A DNA stretch of 50,831 bases from Armatimonadota bacterium (GTDB lineage Bacteria > Armatimonadota > Fimbriimonadia > Fimbriimonadales > Fimbriimonadaceae): positions 1-50,831 of the forward strand of contig JANNQV010000014.1 in the NCBI GenBank assembly GCA_031400935.1, written 5' to 3'. Shown one piece after another: positions 26,495 through 37,239 of the stretch (the first letter of the stretch is position 1; each line of letters opens with the position of its first letter). Position numbers and translations under genes: made by a program. Below the pieces are notes generated by a model. It was not told the DNA's origin, did not search any database, and saw nothing but the letters and a program-made list of their open reading frames with translations.

Positions 26495-28594
26495 TCAAAA
26501 CGTGAACAAGGAGTTCCCGCCAGGAAGGCCATCACCTGAAGGTAAAGCATACTTCGGCCCTGAAACTTCTCCATCAAGTGACATACTTGAATTAATAGCT
26601 GAAATCGAATCCTTAATGGTTAACTTTGTTCCCGCCAGCCGAACGTTCGCGGGGGGAATTAGCTTTGCCTTGAACGTCGCATTATCATAAACTAAGGAGA
26701 ATGGAATTGCAGTGTTTCGACTCGATTTGAGCTCAAAATCTGCTGCCGTCAAGTTCACGTCGCTGCTGAAAGAGATGTGAATAACCCCTAAATTACGATC
26801 AAGCCTTGGGCCAGGGCGAACCGAAACGGCCACCACTTTTGGAGGGCCGGCTGCGTAGGCGACTGCTTGAGTCGTGCCAGTAGTCAAAATCCAGCCATCG
26901 TTATCCAAAGTAACTGCGCTTGCCGCCCCGTTAGTGGGAATTGCATACCATTGCGTTCGTGCCGAATTCAAAATGACCTTTAACTGAGCACCTGAACTGT
27001 CCGTGTAGCGAAGGTCAATTGGCATCCGATATGTCGGGTAGGTAGTGCTTTGCGTTTGGCCGATTTGAACCATCAGATAGTTTGTGCCGTTCAAAGTTTG
27101 GTTCTGAGTTGCCAGCGAATATCTCACCCCACCGATCTCATAAACCCAAGGCTGGAAGAACCAATCTAAATCTTGCCCAGTTGTTGCCTCTGCAACGTTT
27201 TGGAAATCAGAAGTAGTGGCGCTGTCATATTGATAGAGTCCGCGATAATTTGCAAGAATCTGCCAAAACGCGGTTTCTCCAGCAATTTTCCGAAGCATGT
27301 GAAGCACCCAGCTTCCCTTTCGGTAAGCATAATTGGAACTGAAAATCGCGCCTGTGGAGCTAGTATCGTATCTGAAAACCGAACCCGTATACGCTGATGG
27401 CTTTCTTGCTGCCATTGCTGTCTTCAGGGCTGGAAATCCGGTGGAACCAGCCTTATATTGAAGATAAATCGCCTCGCAATAGGTCGCAAATCCTTCATTG
27501 AGCCATATATCTCCCCAGAACTTGCAGGTGACCATGTCGCCCCACCATTGGTGGCCGAGTTCATGAGAAGTAAGGCTCTCGCCAAATCCGCCCTGACCTG
27601 TAAAAGTCTGGTGTTCCATGCCCCCGCCAAAGCCAAACTGATAGATTCCATATTGGTCATTTCGAAATGGATAGAAACCAAATTTGGATTCAAAAACGCC
27701 AAGCATTAAGCTGCAATTTTCCCAGCTTGCACGATTTCCAGCAGTATCGTTTGTAGGGAAAATCATGAATCGAAGGGGCATTGAACCGCCCGGAAAATTG
27801 AAAGTGGTGCTCCATTCGTTGTAATTCGTGGCGGAGAACATGAGAAGATAATCCACCATCGGATAAGAGCACTGGTAGCGATATTTGAGCTTGCCACCGG
27901 CAATCACATCGGTCCCGATAAGTCTGCCGTTTGCCGCAACCTTCTGAGTATTCGGAACCGTAACGGCGATCTTGTTGAGCGCCTTGTCGTCGTTATCGTC
28001 CTTCGAAGGCCACCATGTATAGCTGTAAAAAGGCTCGCTTAGTGTGAAATCAAGTGGCTGGCCGTTTTGGGTAGTGAAGACAATTGAGCCAAAACCAGCA
28101 CCTGCGGTCGCTGGCCCGCCGTAGTTGATTTTCAAAGTGAACGTTTGTCCAAAGGCATACGGAAAGTCGAAGTTTGCTCTAACAGTAACCGAGTCGAGCC
28201 TTGTAAAAGTGATCGTGCGTCCATCCAATAAGATTGAGGAAATCGCAAATGTGTTGGCAAGTCGAAATGTGAACTGGTCGAGGTTGTTCAGAAGCGAACG
28301 CAATGTCATCGTGTTCGAGCCTGAGATATTTGAAGTCGCATGAGTTACTTCAATATCAAGATCGTTGTTGAGAAGGTCGGTATCAGCCCAGGTTTCGATT
28401 GGCTTCAATCTGGGTGCCGATTTGGCATTTATCCGAGAAGAATTGATCAGGTGAGCACAATTCAACTCGCTTTCCACCGCCAAACATGAACAAGCGAATC
28501 CAAAAAAGAAAACAATGCTAGAAACTTGTCGAATATTCACGCCGCTTAAACCCTCCAAGGCCACATCCGTCCCCATACGAGACGACGTAATCAT
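26495..28594 (-). CDS. M1 family aminopeptidase with C-terminal Ig-like domain (start may be near 28540)
   Basis: GGMEH, HELGHQWWGD...WLNEGFATY, AYRKGSWVLHMLR; signal peptide. Confidence 0.92.
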   Translation of the reverse strand: MITSSRMGTDVALEGLSGVNIRQVSSIVFFFGFACSCLAVESELNCAHLINSSRINAKSAPRLKPIETWADTDLLNNDLDIEVTHATSNISGSNTMTLRSLLNNLDQFTFRLANTFAISSILLDGRTITFTRLDSVTVRANFDFPYAFGQTFTLKINYGGPATAGAGFGSIVFTTQNGQPLDFTLSEPFYSYTWWPSKDDNDDKALNKIAVTVPNTQKVAANGRLIGTDVIAGGKLKYRYQCSYPMVDYLLMFSATNYNEWSTTFNFPGGSMPLRFMIFPTNDTAGNRASWENCSLMLGVFESKFGFYPFRNDQYGIYQFGFGGGMEHQTFTGQGGFGESLTSHELGHQWWGDMVTCKFWGDIWLNEGFATYCEAIYLQYKAGSTGFPALKTAMAARKPSAYTGSVFRYDTSSTGAIFSSNYAYRKGSWVLHMLRKIAGETAFWQILANYRGLYQYDSATTSDFQNVAEATTGQDLDWFFQPWVYEIGGVRYSLATQNQTLNGTNYLMVQIGQTQSTTYPTYRMPIDLRYTDSSGAQLKVILNSARTQWYAIPTNGAASAVTLDNDGWILTTGTTQAVAYAAGPPKVVAVSVRPGPRLDRNLGVIHISFSSDVNLTAADFELKSSRNTAIPFSLVYDNATFKAKLIPPANVRLAGTKLTIKDSISAINSSMSLDGEVSGPKYALPSGDGLPGGNSLFTF

Positions 28595-28649
28595 TGTGAA
28601 CCATCGTTCGCCACTTGATGCTAGGGTTTTTACCAGTTCAGCGGATTAT

Positions 28650-29699
28650 TCAAAAATCAACGGAAACAGGGGCAGTCGGTCCTGAATAATTTGGGTCGCG
28701 AGGCAACGTCGAACCAATAATCCTGACCCGAAAATTGCTCCTCAAATACATCGTGACAGGACGGCGCCAATCCACCGCTTCAGTAAATCCTGCTATGGCA
28801 GCTGGGCTTCCTCGAAATTCTAAACCACCAGCGCCATTTTCGTTGACAGGCTTCAAACTTGTCAGGGAACGCGAGTCGCCGCCGTTTCTTACAAGGCTGC
28901 TGGCACTCTGAGCCATTTTGAGCAATTTAGAACCTAGAAATTGCTTTGTTGACCCTTCCATAAAGATTGCTGCTTCGCTATCTTCCGTTTCAAACGCTTT
29001 TTGAATATGAAGATCACTCGCAATGCTCAGCGCAAATTGAGTCATTTCAAGTCTCCATTTATCTTGCTGATTCAGCTTGCCAACTTTTTCTGCTGGTGCA
29101 TATTTTGCAATTGTTGCGTTTGCCCTTCTGCGAAATTCGGAGGGGACCAGCTTGAATGCAAAACCCGCTTTTGTCTTATCCAATCGCATTCCTGCGGCTT
29201 TAGCTAAATACTTTAGAAACTCTGCTTCCGGAATGTCTTTGCAAGCCACAGAAAGCGTGTAACTTCTCATTGTCCAATGCCAGTCAACTTCGCTTTTCCA
29301 CTCGTGGTTGAAAATATCTTGCATGGACTTTGTCGAAGCTCGATCATCAGTTGAAACAATCCCATCCTTAACTTTGAAAAACTCACTTTCAATCGAATAT
29401 CTTGGGTTGGCACGCTCAACAATTGGAGCCAGACTAATCAAATTTCGTGAAATCAACCCATCTGAGAAAGCGAAATCCAGCCCTGGCGCTTGGCGCAATT
29501 TGGCGACCGAGTTTACGATCCACGAAAAATGGCTGGTTTGTGTCGGATCGGCAGAAAACTCTTTGTAGTTATTGTCTGGCGCGTATGAAAACAGGACAAC
29601 ACATTGCCTTGCCGTTGCTGGTCCTAGGGCCTTTACAAAATCATGAGGCGATCCTGCCGGAAACTTGATGACGGATAAGAGCGCTAATTCTAAGATCAT
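28650..29699 (-). CDS. Hypothetical protein
   Basis: 349-aa ORF filling the gap; no motif recognised. Confidence 0.7.
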   Translation of the reverse strand: MILELALLSVIKFPAGSPHDFVKALGPATARQCVVLFSYAPDNNYKEFSADPTQTSHFSWIVNSVAKLRQAPGLDFAFSDGLISRNLISLAPIVERANPRYSIESEFFKVKDGIVSTDDRASTKSMQDIFNHEWKSEVDWHWTMRSYTLSVACKDIPEAEFLKYLAKAAGMRLDKTKAGFAFKLVPSEFRRRANATIAKYAPAEKVGKLNQQDKWRLEMTQFALSIASDLHIQKAFETEDSEAAIFMEGSTKQFLGSKLLKMAQSASSLVRNGGDSRSLTSLKPVNENGAGGLEFRGSPAAIAGFTEAVDWRRPVTMYLRSNFRVRIIGSTLPRDPNYSGPTAPVSVDF

Positions 29700-29742
29700 A
29701 ACTTTATGACGGACAACCGCTGTAATGATTACTCAATTGGGT

Positions 29743-30897
29743 TCAAATAGTTACCCATTGTCTCGATTCCGAGCTCCGCTCTACCGCATCGAGCACCTTT
29801 TGATTTGCAACGCCATCATAGAAATTTGGGGTCGGCAGTTCCCCTTTTGAAATGGCGGTTAAAGCATCTGCAACTAGATTTGTGAAAGTGTGCTCATATC
29901 CGATGATGTGCCCTACCGGCCAATAGTGTCCTGCGTAAGGATGAACGTCCTCCGTAACTTGAATCAGTCGAAAGCCGTGTTCACCGGATTTATCCTCGGT
30001 CGAGTAATATTCAAGTTCGTTCAAGCGTTCCAAATTGAACGCAATAGAGCCCTTCGATCCATTGATTTCAAAACGATTGTGGTTCTTCCTCCCTACGGCA
30101 AATCGGCTTGCTTCAAAAACTCCCAATGCTCCATTTTTAAACCGGGCCAACATGGCTGCGGTATCGTCAACCGTCACCTCACCCATTTCTTGTTTGGCTT
30201 CGGCTCCAAGTCGGTCTGAAACCTCCCCCGCCAATGGACGCTGTTTGATGAATGTATGCAACATACCACTTACTTCAGAAAACTCGCCAACCAAATGCCT
30301 TCCAAGGTCAATAATGTGGGAGTGAATATCGCCGTGAGTGCCCGAACCCGCCAATTCCTTCTGAAGGCGCCAAACGAGAGGGAAATTTGGATCGGCGATC
30401 CAATCCTGAAGATAAACAGCCCGCATGTGGTAGATGGTTCCTAGCCGCCCTTGATCAATCATTTTCTTCGCCAATGCAACAGCAGGGACTTTTCGGTAGT
30501 TATGAAAGAGGGCGTGTGCCACACCGGCTTTTTCGACTGCCTCTAGCATTTGCTCAGCTTCAATCAATGTATTTGCAAGAGGCTTTTCGCAAAACACAAT
30601 TTTGCCATTTTGGGCGGCGGCAATCGAAATCTCAGCATGGCTGTCTCCAGGAGTTGAGACGTCAATGATGTCAATTTCTGGGTTCTCGACCACCTTTCGC
30701 CAGTCTGTTTCCGCATTTTCCCAGCCAAGAGTCTGTCGAGCTTTTTCAAGCGGTTCAGCCGATCTTCCACAAATCGTGTGCATTTTCACTTCGACGGGAA
30801 GATCAAAAAAACGATTGACTTGTCGGTAAGCGTTACTATGAGCCTTGCCCATGAACTGATAGCCAATCAAACCGACGTTTAGCTCAGACTTTGCCAT
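29743..30897 (-). CDS. Gfo/Idh/MocA family oxidoreductase
   Basis: [29 protein letters not shown]. Confidence 0.93.
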   Translation of the reverse strand: MAKSELNVGLIGYQFMGKAHSNAYRQVNRFFDLPVEVKMHTICGRSAEPLEKARQTLGWENAETDWRKVVENPEIDIIDVSTPGDSHAEISIAAAQNGKIVFCEKPLANTLIEAEQMLEAVEKAGVAHALFHNYRKVPAVALAKKMIDQGRLGTIYHMRAVYLQDWIADPNFPLVWRLQKELAGSGTHGDIHSHIIDLGRHLVGEFSEVSGMLHTFIKQRPLAGEVSDRLGAEAKQEMGEVTVDDTAAMLARFKNGALGVFEASRFAVGRKNHNRFEINGSKGSIAFNLERLNELEYYSTEDKSGEHGFRLIQVTEDVHPYAGHYWPVGHIIGYEHTFTNLVADALTAISKGELPTPNFYDGVANQKVLDAVERSSESRQWVTI

Positions 30898-30947
30898 GCC
30901 AAGATGTTACTTTGTAGAGCAGAAAATATCCTGTCTCATCAGCCAAA

Positions 30948-32207
30948 TTATTGGCCGGTGATCCGAATCGTGTCCCACTTCGTGTTGAACCTGACAACTT
31001 CTTCAGAAAGCGGATTTACCCGCAAACGAATTTCAACTACGCCGTCAGATCGCACAAAATTTGCTGGCGACGGAACAACGATGGTCTGAAAAATGTCGGT
31101 TCTCGTGAGAAAGAACCCACCAACGCTAACCATTAAATTGGTCACCTGATTTCGCATGTCAACTGCGCACCACGAGAGCCTAGGACCTGCACTGCCTTCG
31201 ATGTTAAGAGTTAATGAAGTTGGGGGAGATGCTGTAGTTGTTCCCGTCAACGTCATTTCGAAATGCTCTTTCGTTACTATCGAAGTCGTTCTTGTCTGGG
31301 TGCTCATGTACACATTATCTGAAAGGTACAAATCTGCGGCACTACCTCCGGTGATTTGGCCAATTGAAAGTTGTGGAGTATTTAAGATAGATCGGCCTAA
31401 GTCGTTCACACTCGTCGCGAGCCATGGAGCTACCGATTGCAGAAGCGCTCCACCGCCGAACCCGCCCCAATCCAATGCACGAACCACACCGGTGCCATTG
31501 AAAAATCCAATAATTCCGCCGATCGCTAATACTCGATCCCGCCCATTGTCAAGCAATGTCCACGGGCATCCAGAGTCGAATGTGGACATTCCTCCCTCAT
31601 CTGCCCCTACCGCAGGCCCACCCAAGATGTTTACGGTAGATTGCCCTAGGGGATCATCTAGATCGTAAAAAACGTAATCACTCGTCTTGATGTTTCCTCC
31701 ACCAATGTCAACTTGAACCTGAGGGATAAAGAGGTCAAGACGATTCCTGCATTGCCTCAACGTTCCCTGGGTACCTGTGATTACTGTAAAGCCTGTGGCG
31801 GTTCTATTTCCTGTCCAGCCCATGCCTTGAAGCTTCAAGATTTCTCCTGCCAATGTCGTTTGAACCGTTGGTACACTGCCCGGAAAATAGTTGAGTTTCA
31901 TCGGCAATGCCGTATTCAACGGCCCGACAACTCTTCTAAGCGAAAGGTCAGCAGTTGGGTGATTTATGGTCTGCACGACCTGAAAAACAGTTCCGTTTTG
32001 GTCAAATTTGTCTCCGCCGACGTGCGCTGCTGTCAAAATCCAGGTCGGAGATATAGCCACGGCAGTACCGCCAACCGTGAAAACCGTTCCAGAAACCGAG
32101 CCTATTTTGCCGACTCCAGGCACAACTCCTATCGGATTATCTGGCACAATGGCAAGAGCAGGAACAGCAGAAACGAGGCAAAAGCCAAAAATAAATCCTT
32201 TCAACAT
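30948..32207 (-). CDS. Secreted trypsin-like (S1) serine protease with C-terminal beta domain
   Basis: Signal peptide, WILTAAHV, ADLSL, FDSGCP (GDSGGP-like). Confidence 0.78.
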   Translation of the reverse strand: MLKGFIFGFCLVSAVPALAIVPDNPIGVVPGVGKIGSVSGTVFTVGGTAVAISPTWILTAAHVGGDKFDQNGTVFQVVQTINHPTADLSLRRVVGPLNTALPMKLNYFPGSVPTVQTTLAGEILKLQGMGWTGNRTATGFTVITGTQGTLRQCRNRLDLFIPQVQVDIGGGNIKTSDYVFYDLDDPLGQSTVNILGGPAVGADEGGMSTFDSGCPWTLLDNGRDRVLAIGGIIGFFNGTGVVRALDWGGFGGGALLQSVAPWLATSVNDLGRSILNTPQLSIGQITGGSAADLYLSDNVYMSTQTRTTSIVTKEHFEMTLTGTTTASPPTSLTLNIEGSAGPRLSWCAVDMRNQVTNLMVSVGGFFLTRTDIFQTIVVPSPANFVRSDGVVEIRLRVNPLSEEVVRFNTKWDTIRITGQ

Positions 32208-32234
32208 GGGCAAGAAACCTTACAGCCAAACTAT

Positions 32235-33377
32235 ATGATACAGGATGATTCTGCAATTTCCAAACCAAACCGCCACGATCCTAGTACGGTTGCTAGGTCA
32301 TTTACTATCGGGGGACTAAAAATTGATCCGCCGCTGCTCCTTGCGCCCATGGAAGATGTGACCAATCTTCCTTTTCGGCTCATCGCAAAGCGCATAGGAA
32401 ATCCAGGCCTGCTTTTTACAGAATTCGTTTCGGCGATGGCGATTCACCACAATCCCTCAAAAACAACCCGGAAGATGACTGTAAACGATGGAGAACGCCC
32501 AATCGGAATCCAAATATTTGGCGGCGACGCAGAAATCATGGCGGAAACTGCACTGGTTGCAGAAGAAATGGGTGCCGACTTGATTGATATCAACATGGGA
32601 TGCTGGGTTCCCAAAGTCGTGAAGACAGGTGCCGGAGCGGCACTTTTGAAAGATCCGGATCACGCTGAAAGAATAGTTTCAGCCGTTGTTAAAGCGGTCA
32701 AAGTTCCGGTGACGGTGAAGGTGAGGGCTGGCTGGGATTACTCTCTGTTTGCCGCGCCTGAACTTGCCAAACGATTTCAGGGAGCGGGCGCGCAAATGCT
32801 GACGCTTCATGCCAGATTTGCCAAGCAAGGCTTTGAAGGTGAAGCGGATTGGAAGCTGATTTCTCAATTGAGAGAGGCGGTTTCGATCCCCCTAATTGGA
32901 AACGGCGACGTGAAAACGCCCGAAGACGCAGAGCGAATGTTGCGAGAAACTGGATGCGATGGCGTGATGGTTGGCAGAGCAGCGATCAGCAATCCATGGG
33001 CTTTGGCTACGATTTCTGCATGGATGCTAGGACTTCCGACTCCGCCCGCTCCCACTCTTCAAGACCGAATCGAAACAGCTTTGGAGCACTTGAGACTGAT
33101 GATTGAGTTTGTGGAGGGTTCGGAATTGCGGACTGAGTGTCCGCGGACCTTGAGCGGACCAAGCGTCCGCGCTTCACACTCTCCACTCCGCACTCATCAC
33201 TCCCCACTCCCCGCTCCAGATTCCGAGATTCGAGCGGTGCGACAATTACGCGGTCAAATCCCCATGTACATCAAAGGCGAACCAGGGGCTGCTGCGATTC
33301 GAAATCGGCTTACGGCATGCAACAGCTACGAGGAAATTGAAGAAATCTTGCGTGAGTTTTCAAGTGGCCAAGAGTAA
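32235..33377 (+). CDS. dusB: tRNA-dihydrouridine synthase B (start approximate)
   Basis: LAPMEDVT, IDINMGC, GAALLK, VTVKVR, IGNGDV, GVMVGRAA..NPW. Confidence 0.92.
   Translation: MIQDDSAISKPNRHDPSTVARSFTIGGLKIDPPLLLAPMEDVTNLPFRLIAKRIGNPGLLFTEFVSAMAIHHNPSKTTRKMTVNDGERPIGIQIFGGDAEIMAETALVAEEMGADLIDINMGCWVPKVVKTGAGAALLKDPDHAERIVSAVVKAVKVPVTVKVRAGWDYSLFAAPELAKRFQGAGAQMLTLHARFAKQGFEGEADWKLISQLREAVSIPLIGNGDVKTPEDAERMLRETGCDGVMVGRAAISNPWALATISAWMLGLPTPPAPTLQDRIETALEHLRLMIEFVEGSELRTECPRTLSGPSVRASHSPLRTHHSPLPAPDSEIRAVRQLRGQIPMYIKGEPGAAAIRNRLTACNSYEEIEEILREFSSGQE
33111..33220. repeat. REP-like doublet plus heptamer array read in frame inside dusB
   Basis: GCGGACTGAGTGTCCGC and GCGGACCAAGCGTCCGCGCTTC followed by actctcc actccgc actcatc actcccc actcccc. 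Confidence 0.7.
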
Positions 33378-33450
33378 ACGATATTCCTTGATTTTCTCAA
33401 ATGCTGAATTAGATGCCGAAAACGGCAAATGACGAACAGGACGATTTGCC

Positions 33451-34884
33451 TCACACGAATAATGGAGCTTTCGATTCTACTGGCAACCCTAATGCCTTCC
33501 AATCCCCAAACCCTGCAGGCATGGAAATCAGGTTTGTCTTCCCTGCCTTATGGAGCAAAGAAGCGGCGATTGGGCTCCGATTTCCACCCGCGCAATAAAC
33601 AACAACGGGCTTGCCTTCCAGCAATTTCGATACATTTGCTGGAAGTACGTTTAGTGGAATAGAAATCGCGGAAGGCATGTGCCCCGATTCGAACTCGGAG
33701 GCTGTTCTTACATCCAAACAATAAACCTCGCCGTTTTCGATGCGCTCCGCGACACTTTGCGGATCTAGGTGAACCAGGATTGCCAGAGTTTGATGCTGGC
33801 GCTCGTAAGCTCGAAGCGCATCTAAGCCGCACCACGCCACTGGGACATTCATTCCAATGAGCCGCATTGCGGTCTCTGCAAGTTCAACGTCCTTTGGACT
33901 GGAAACAAGCAGGACTGTAGACTCGGAATAGCTGATTAACGAGCCTGTCCAATTCAGAAAATCTGATCCCATTGGGAGATTGATTGAGCCTGGAATGAAC
34001 CCAGCGGCATATTCTCCGCTGCTTCTCAAATCAAGGAGAGTTGCCCCAATCGCGAAGTGCTCTAGAAGTCCGTCGCCAGTTGCTCTTACTGTTGTTGTTA
34101 AGCGAGCTTCGGGCAGAATCTTGTTGATCCGCTTCATTTCTTTGAAGTACGCCGGAGGCTCAGGTTGACCGTGCAGAACCTCTTTCACAAATTCTTCTTC
34201 GGAGCCAACTTTTAACGCCCAATTCGTAATCTTTTCGTATCCAAGCGTCGAAACGGGAACGTCTCCCAACTTTTTGCCACACGAGCTTCCAGCGCCATGT
34301 GCAGGGAAAATTAGAATATGGTCTTCGAATCGGTTCTTGAATTCTTGAATGGTTTGGAAAAGCACCTTTGCACTGGCTTCCATCGTTCCCGCCAAGCCAG
34401 CCGCACGCTCAAGCAAATCCGGCCTGCCGACATCGCCAACGAAAAGAAAATCGCCTGTGAAAGCAGCAAGCGGCTCGGTCGAAGCCGAAGCATCTCTAAG
34501 AACATACGACACGTGCTCTGGCGTGTGTCCGGGCGTCGCAACGACCTCAAATTCCAGGTTTGATAGGCTTATCTTTTCGCCATCGCATACGGATCGGACA
34601 TTGTCTTCTTGACTAAACGCATACTTCCATTCGGCAGGCCCTTCATCGGAAATATACAATCGCGCACCTGTTCGCTTTGCCAACTCGTACGCACCGGAAG
34701 CGTAGTCTGCATGAATATGAGTTTCTAAAACAGCAACAATTCTTAAGCCGGAAGCCGCTGCGGTAGAGAGATATTTGTCAATGTCTCGATTTGGGTCAAT
34801 AACGGCGGCTTCGCCATTTTCTGCACCGACTAAATAGCTCCAATGTGCGAGCGTTGGTTCCCATATCTGTTTGAGCGTTAACAT
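33451..34884 (-). CDS. MBL-fold persulfide dioxygenase with tandem rhodanese domains (CstB-like)
   Basis: ETHIHADY, TPGHTPEH, FTGDFLFVGDVGRPDL, PAHGAGSSCGK, C-terminal YCAGGNRS. Confidence 0.9.
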   Translation of the reverse strand: MLTLKQIWEPTLAHWSYLVGAENGEAAVIDPNRDIDKYLSTAAASGLRIVAVLETHIHADYASGAYELAKRTGARLYISDEGPAEWKYAFSQEDNVRSVCDGEKISLSNLEFEVVATPGHTPEHVSYVLRDASASTEPLAAFTGDFLFVGDVGRPDLLERAAGLAGTMEASAKVLFQTIQEFKNRFEDHILIFPAHGAGSSCGKKLGDVPVSTLGYEKITNWALKVGSEEEFVKEVLHGQPEPPAYFKEMKRINKILPEARLTTTVRATGDGLLEHFAIGATLLDLRSSGEYAAGFIPGSINLPMGSDFLNWTGSLISYSESTVLLVSSPKDVELAETAMRLIGMNVPVAWCGLDALRAYERQHQTLAILVHLDPQSVAERIENGEVYCLDVRTASEFESGHMPSAISIPLNVLPANVSKLLEGKPVVVYCAGGNRSPIAASLLHKAGKTNLISMPAGFGDWKALGLPVESKAPLFV

Positions 34885-35438
34885 TAACTATGCCCTTGCG
34901 TAACGGTTGAATTTGGTTTTGAAATCGGCTTGTTCCAGGGCAAAATTGCGAAGAGCTTTGCCATACCGCAGATGTTGGTGAGTCCAGCAAAAGTAAGCCC
35001 GGCACCCACAAACATAGCCAGATACAGCCAGCCGGGTGCTCCCAACGCAGTCAACACCGTTCCAGCCAAAACCATGAGGCCCGCTGCCAAGCGAACTTGC
35101 CTTTCAATCGCCCAAGTCGAGGATGAAATTTGAACAACGTCGGCGCCCGCGTTGATCCAAGCCATTGTGCCGCCGTCCAGCACCATTACGTTGTCTCGAT
35201 GCGCGCCTAGCTGCTTCAAGCAAATGCCTGCTCGGTCACCTGAATTACAAACGAGAACCACAGGTGTATCTGACCGCAAATCTTCGAGACGATGATTTAC
35301 TTCCTCCAGCGGAATATTGACCGCAAACGGAATGTGGCCAGAATCATATTCGTCGCGGGATCGAACATCAATCACTTGAAGCGCGTTGCCTGCAGCCAAT
35401 TGCTCTCGCAATTCGGGGATGTTAATAGTCTGTTTCAT
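34884..35438 (-). CDS. Rhodanese plus DUF2892 membrane protein (YgaP-like)
   Basis: IDVRSRDEY..GHIP, VCNSGDRA, ERQVRLAAG, FAGLTNICGM. Confidence 0.9.
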   Translation of the reverse strand: MKQTINIPELREQLAAGNALQVIDVRSRDEYDSGHIPFAVNIPLEEVNHRLEDLRSDTPVVLVCNSGDRAGICLKQLGAHRDNVMVLDGGTMAWINAGADVVQISSSTWAIERQVRLAAGLMVLAGTVLTALGAPGWLYLAMFVGAGLTFAGLTNICGMAKLFAILPWNKPISKPNSTVTQGHS

Positions 35439-35483
35439 TCTAGTTAGGAGGCAACAATTGCACGATCAGTTACAAAACTAATT

Positions 35484-35957
35484 TCAGGCAAATGGCCAAG
35501 GCTCATCTAGTGGTAACCCTTGGCTGTAAAAGAACTTCCATCCGTCAGGTGCTCTTTTAAGAGTTTCTGCATATCGCCGAGTGAGCTTCATCTTCACCCA
35601 ACGGTCTCCTTGCTTCGCCGTGTAATGGACGACGACCGAAATCCATGCCATTGCCTCATCAAAATTCCCACCAACATGGACAACCGTTGTCTTCAAAGTC
35701 ACGTCCTTCGTCGCAGCAACCATTTGCAAATAGTTTGATTTGACTTCAGGATAGTTCATCGCTTTGCCTTGAACATCAACAGTTGTGAAACCCTTGTGAA
35801 ACATATTTAGAACACTTGGAATCTCCAATTTAGTCACAAATTGGTCGAATTGGCGGTAATGCTTTTGCAATTCAGCTCGAAGCGCTGGGTCTTCGCTTTG
35901 GGTGAACGCAGAAGCTGAGAGTGAAACGGCAGCTACGAGGAATAGTAATTTTTTCAT
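35484..35957 (-). CDS. Secreted NTF2-like (DUF4440-type) protein
   Basis: Signal peptide; helix plus beta pattern ending ETLKRAPDGWKF. Confidence 0.65.
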   Translation of the reverse strand: MKKLLFLVAAVSLSASAFTQSEDPALRAELQKHYRQFDQFVTKLEIPSVLNMFHKGFTTVDVQGKAMNYPEVKSNYLQMVAATKDVTLKTTVVHVGGNFDEAMAWISVVVHYTAKQGDRWVKMKLTRRYAETLKRAPDGWKFFYSQGLPLDEPWPFA

Positions 35958-36011
35958 ATTTTGTCCATTTGTGTTCGACTATTTGACTTTGATAATTCCT
36001 TGCTAAGTCCG

Positions 36012-36482
36012 TCAGTTTCGTTTTGGCCTTGGGGCGGAAAGTGCAGCTTGATATTTGGAAATGAATTCTTCGACGGTCCACAATCTAAGCGCTTCGGCAA
36101 CCAGTTCTAATGGAAGGTCTTCAAGCGTTTTGAACCGAACGCAACATTTTCCCATATCAAGTTTTTTGCCGGACTTCTTGTACTCACTAACAAACCATTC
36201 GGCAACGCAGTTGTCCATGTAAATGTGGCACATATACAGTGCCATGTAGTTCTTCTGCGATGCCAAGCCAAGAAAGCCAAGTGGCTGTTTAGGATCGCAG
36301 TGGTAACCCGCCGGGAAGATTCTGTGCGGCACAAAATAACTCATGCTTCCGTATTGCATTCCCTCTTCAATCCCCTTTGGGAGGTTTTTGAGAATAACTT
36401 CACGAACGGCGGAGATAGCTTCCCTTCGATCTTCTGGCAGTTCTGAAAGATATTGTTCGACGCTTGATGCCTTGCTCGTCAT
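36012..36482 (-). CDS. DUF1801 domain protein
   Basis: VEQYLSELPEDRR, EEGMQYG, LASQKNYMALY, LDMGKCCVRFK. Confidence 0.88.
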   Translation of the reverse strand: MTSKASSVEQYLSELPEDRREAISAVREVILKNLPKGIEEGMQYGSMSYFVPHRIFPAGYHCDPKQPLGFLGLASQKNYMALYMCHIYMDNCVAEWFVSEYKKSGKKLDMGKCCVRFKTLEDLPLELVAEALRLWTVEEFISKYQAALSAPRPKRN

Positions 36483-36502
36483 GTCCTGATTATACGCGGC
36501 AG

Positions 36503-36632
36503 ATTGGGTGACATGGACGACCTGGGTGATTTGGGTGAAGTGGATGAAATCGGTGAATTAGATAGTTCGACATTTTTCTCCGCCAACTGTAACCGCTAAC
36601 CAACAACCAACTGCCAGCAACCAACCGCCAAC
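36503..36632. repeat. 9-mer tandem array (NNTGGGTGA-like x6) followed by CCAAC-type heptamers
   Basis: attgggtga catggacga cctgggtga tttgggtga agtggatga aatcggtga; then cgccaactgtaaccgctaaccaacaaccaac... Confidence 0.7.
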
Positions 36633-37183
36633 TATCCCGCTGCGGGCCAGAGCCAAGCAAACGTACCTGCGGTTAGCAAAGCATACGCCAAGCTATCTAA
36701 GAAATTCGGCCAGAATTTGCCAACACGGAACCAGATAAGGAACGGAATCCAGCCTAACGTATGCGCTGCAAAGGCAACGGTTCCACAGATTCGGAATCTG
36801 AAGAGGTATTCGGTCGTATCGCCGATTGCATGGTGCCCTAAATAGGCGACGAACACCCCGACGACCATGTAATAAAGAAAAGTAAGCCCTAAATTTCGCC
36901 CCATGTTTACAGAGCCCGGCCAAACGACTAAAACCCCATTTGGGTTGTTTTTCATTTTTTCCGCAAACTCAGGAGTATTCATATCCTTCATGTCTGCAGG
37001 GCATGGGAACATGTAGCCACCTGGCGTAACGCTCTTCACGGAATCTAGGACGGCGTCTTCATTTGGCAATTTGACAAACTCCGACTTATGATGTGGGAGC
37101 ACCATGTGGGTAAGGAAACTCGCAAAAAACACCAAAACCGATGAAACGACTATTGGCATCCATAGCTCTGCTAGAAACTGCAT
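36632..37183 (-). CDS. Conserved hypothetical membrane protein
   Basis: GAGGTG RBS before ATG 37183; four TMs; HMVLPHHK and PGGYMFP motifs. Confidence 0.8.
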   Translation of the reverse strand: MQFLAELWMPIVVSSVLVFFASFLTHMVLPHHKSEFVKLPNEDAVLDSVKSVTPGGYMFPCPADMKDMNTPEFAEKMKNNPNGVLVVWPGSVNMGRNLGLTFLYYMVVGVFVAYLGHHAIGDTTEYLFRFRICGTVAFAAHTLGWIPFLIWFRVGKFWPNFLDSLAYALLTAGTFAWLWPAAG

Positions 37184-37239
37184 CTTGCACCTCTTGCAAT
37201 CTTGACGGTTATGCATGGGAAAAGGAAGCGGGGAGGAGT

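Noticed and set aside
31713..32234. 174-aa N-terminal extension of DusB in the ORF track
   Set aside because: It is the antisense shadow of the trypsin-like gene; DusB similarity starts only after about 32290.
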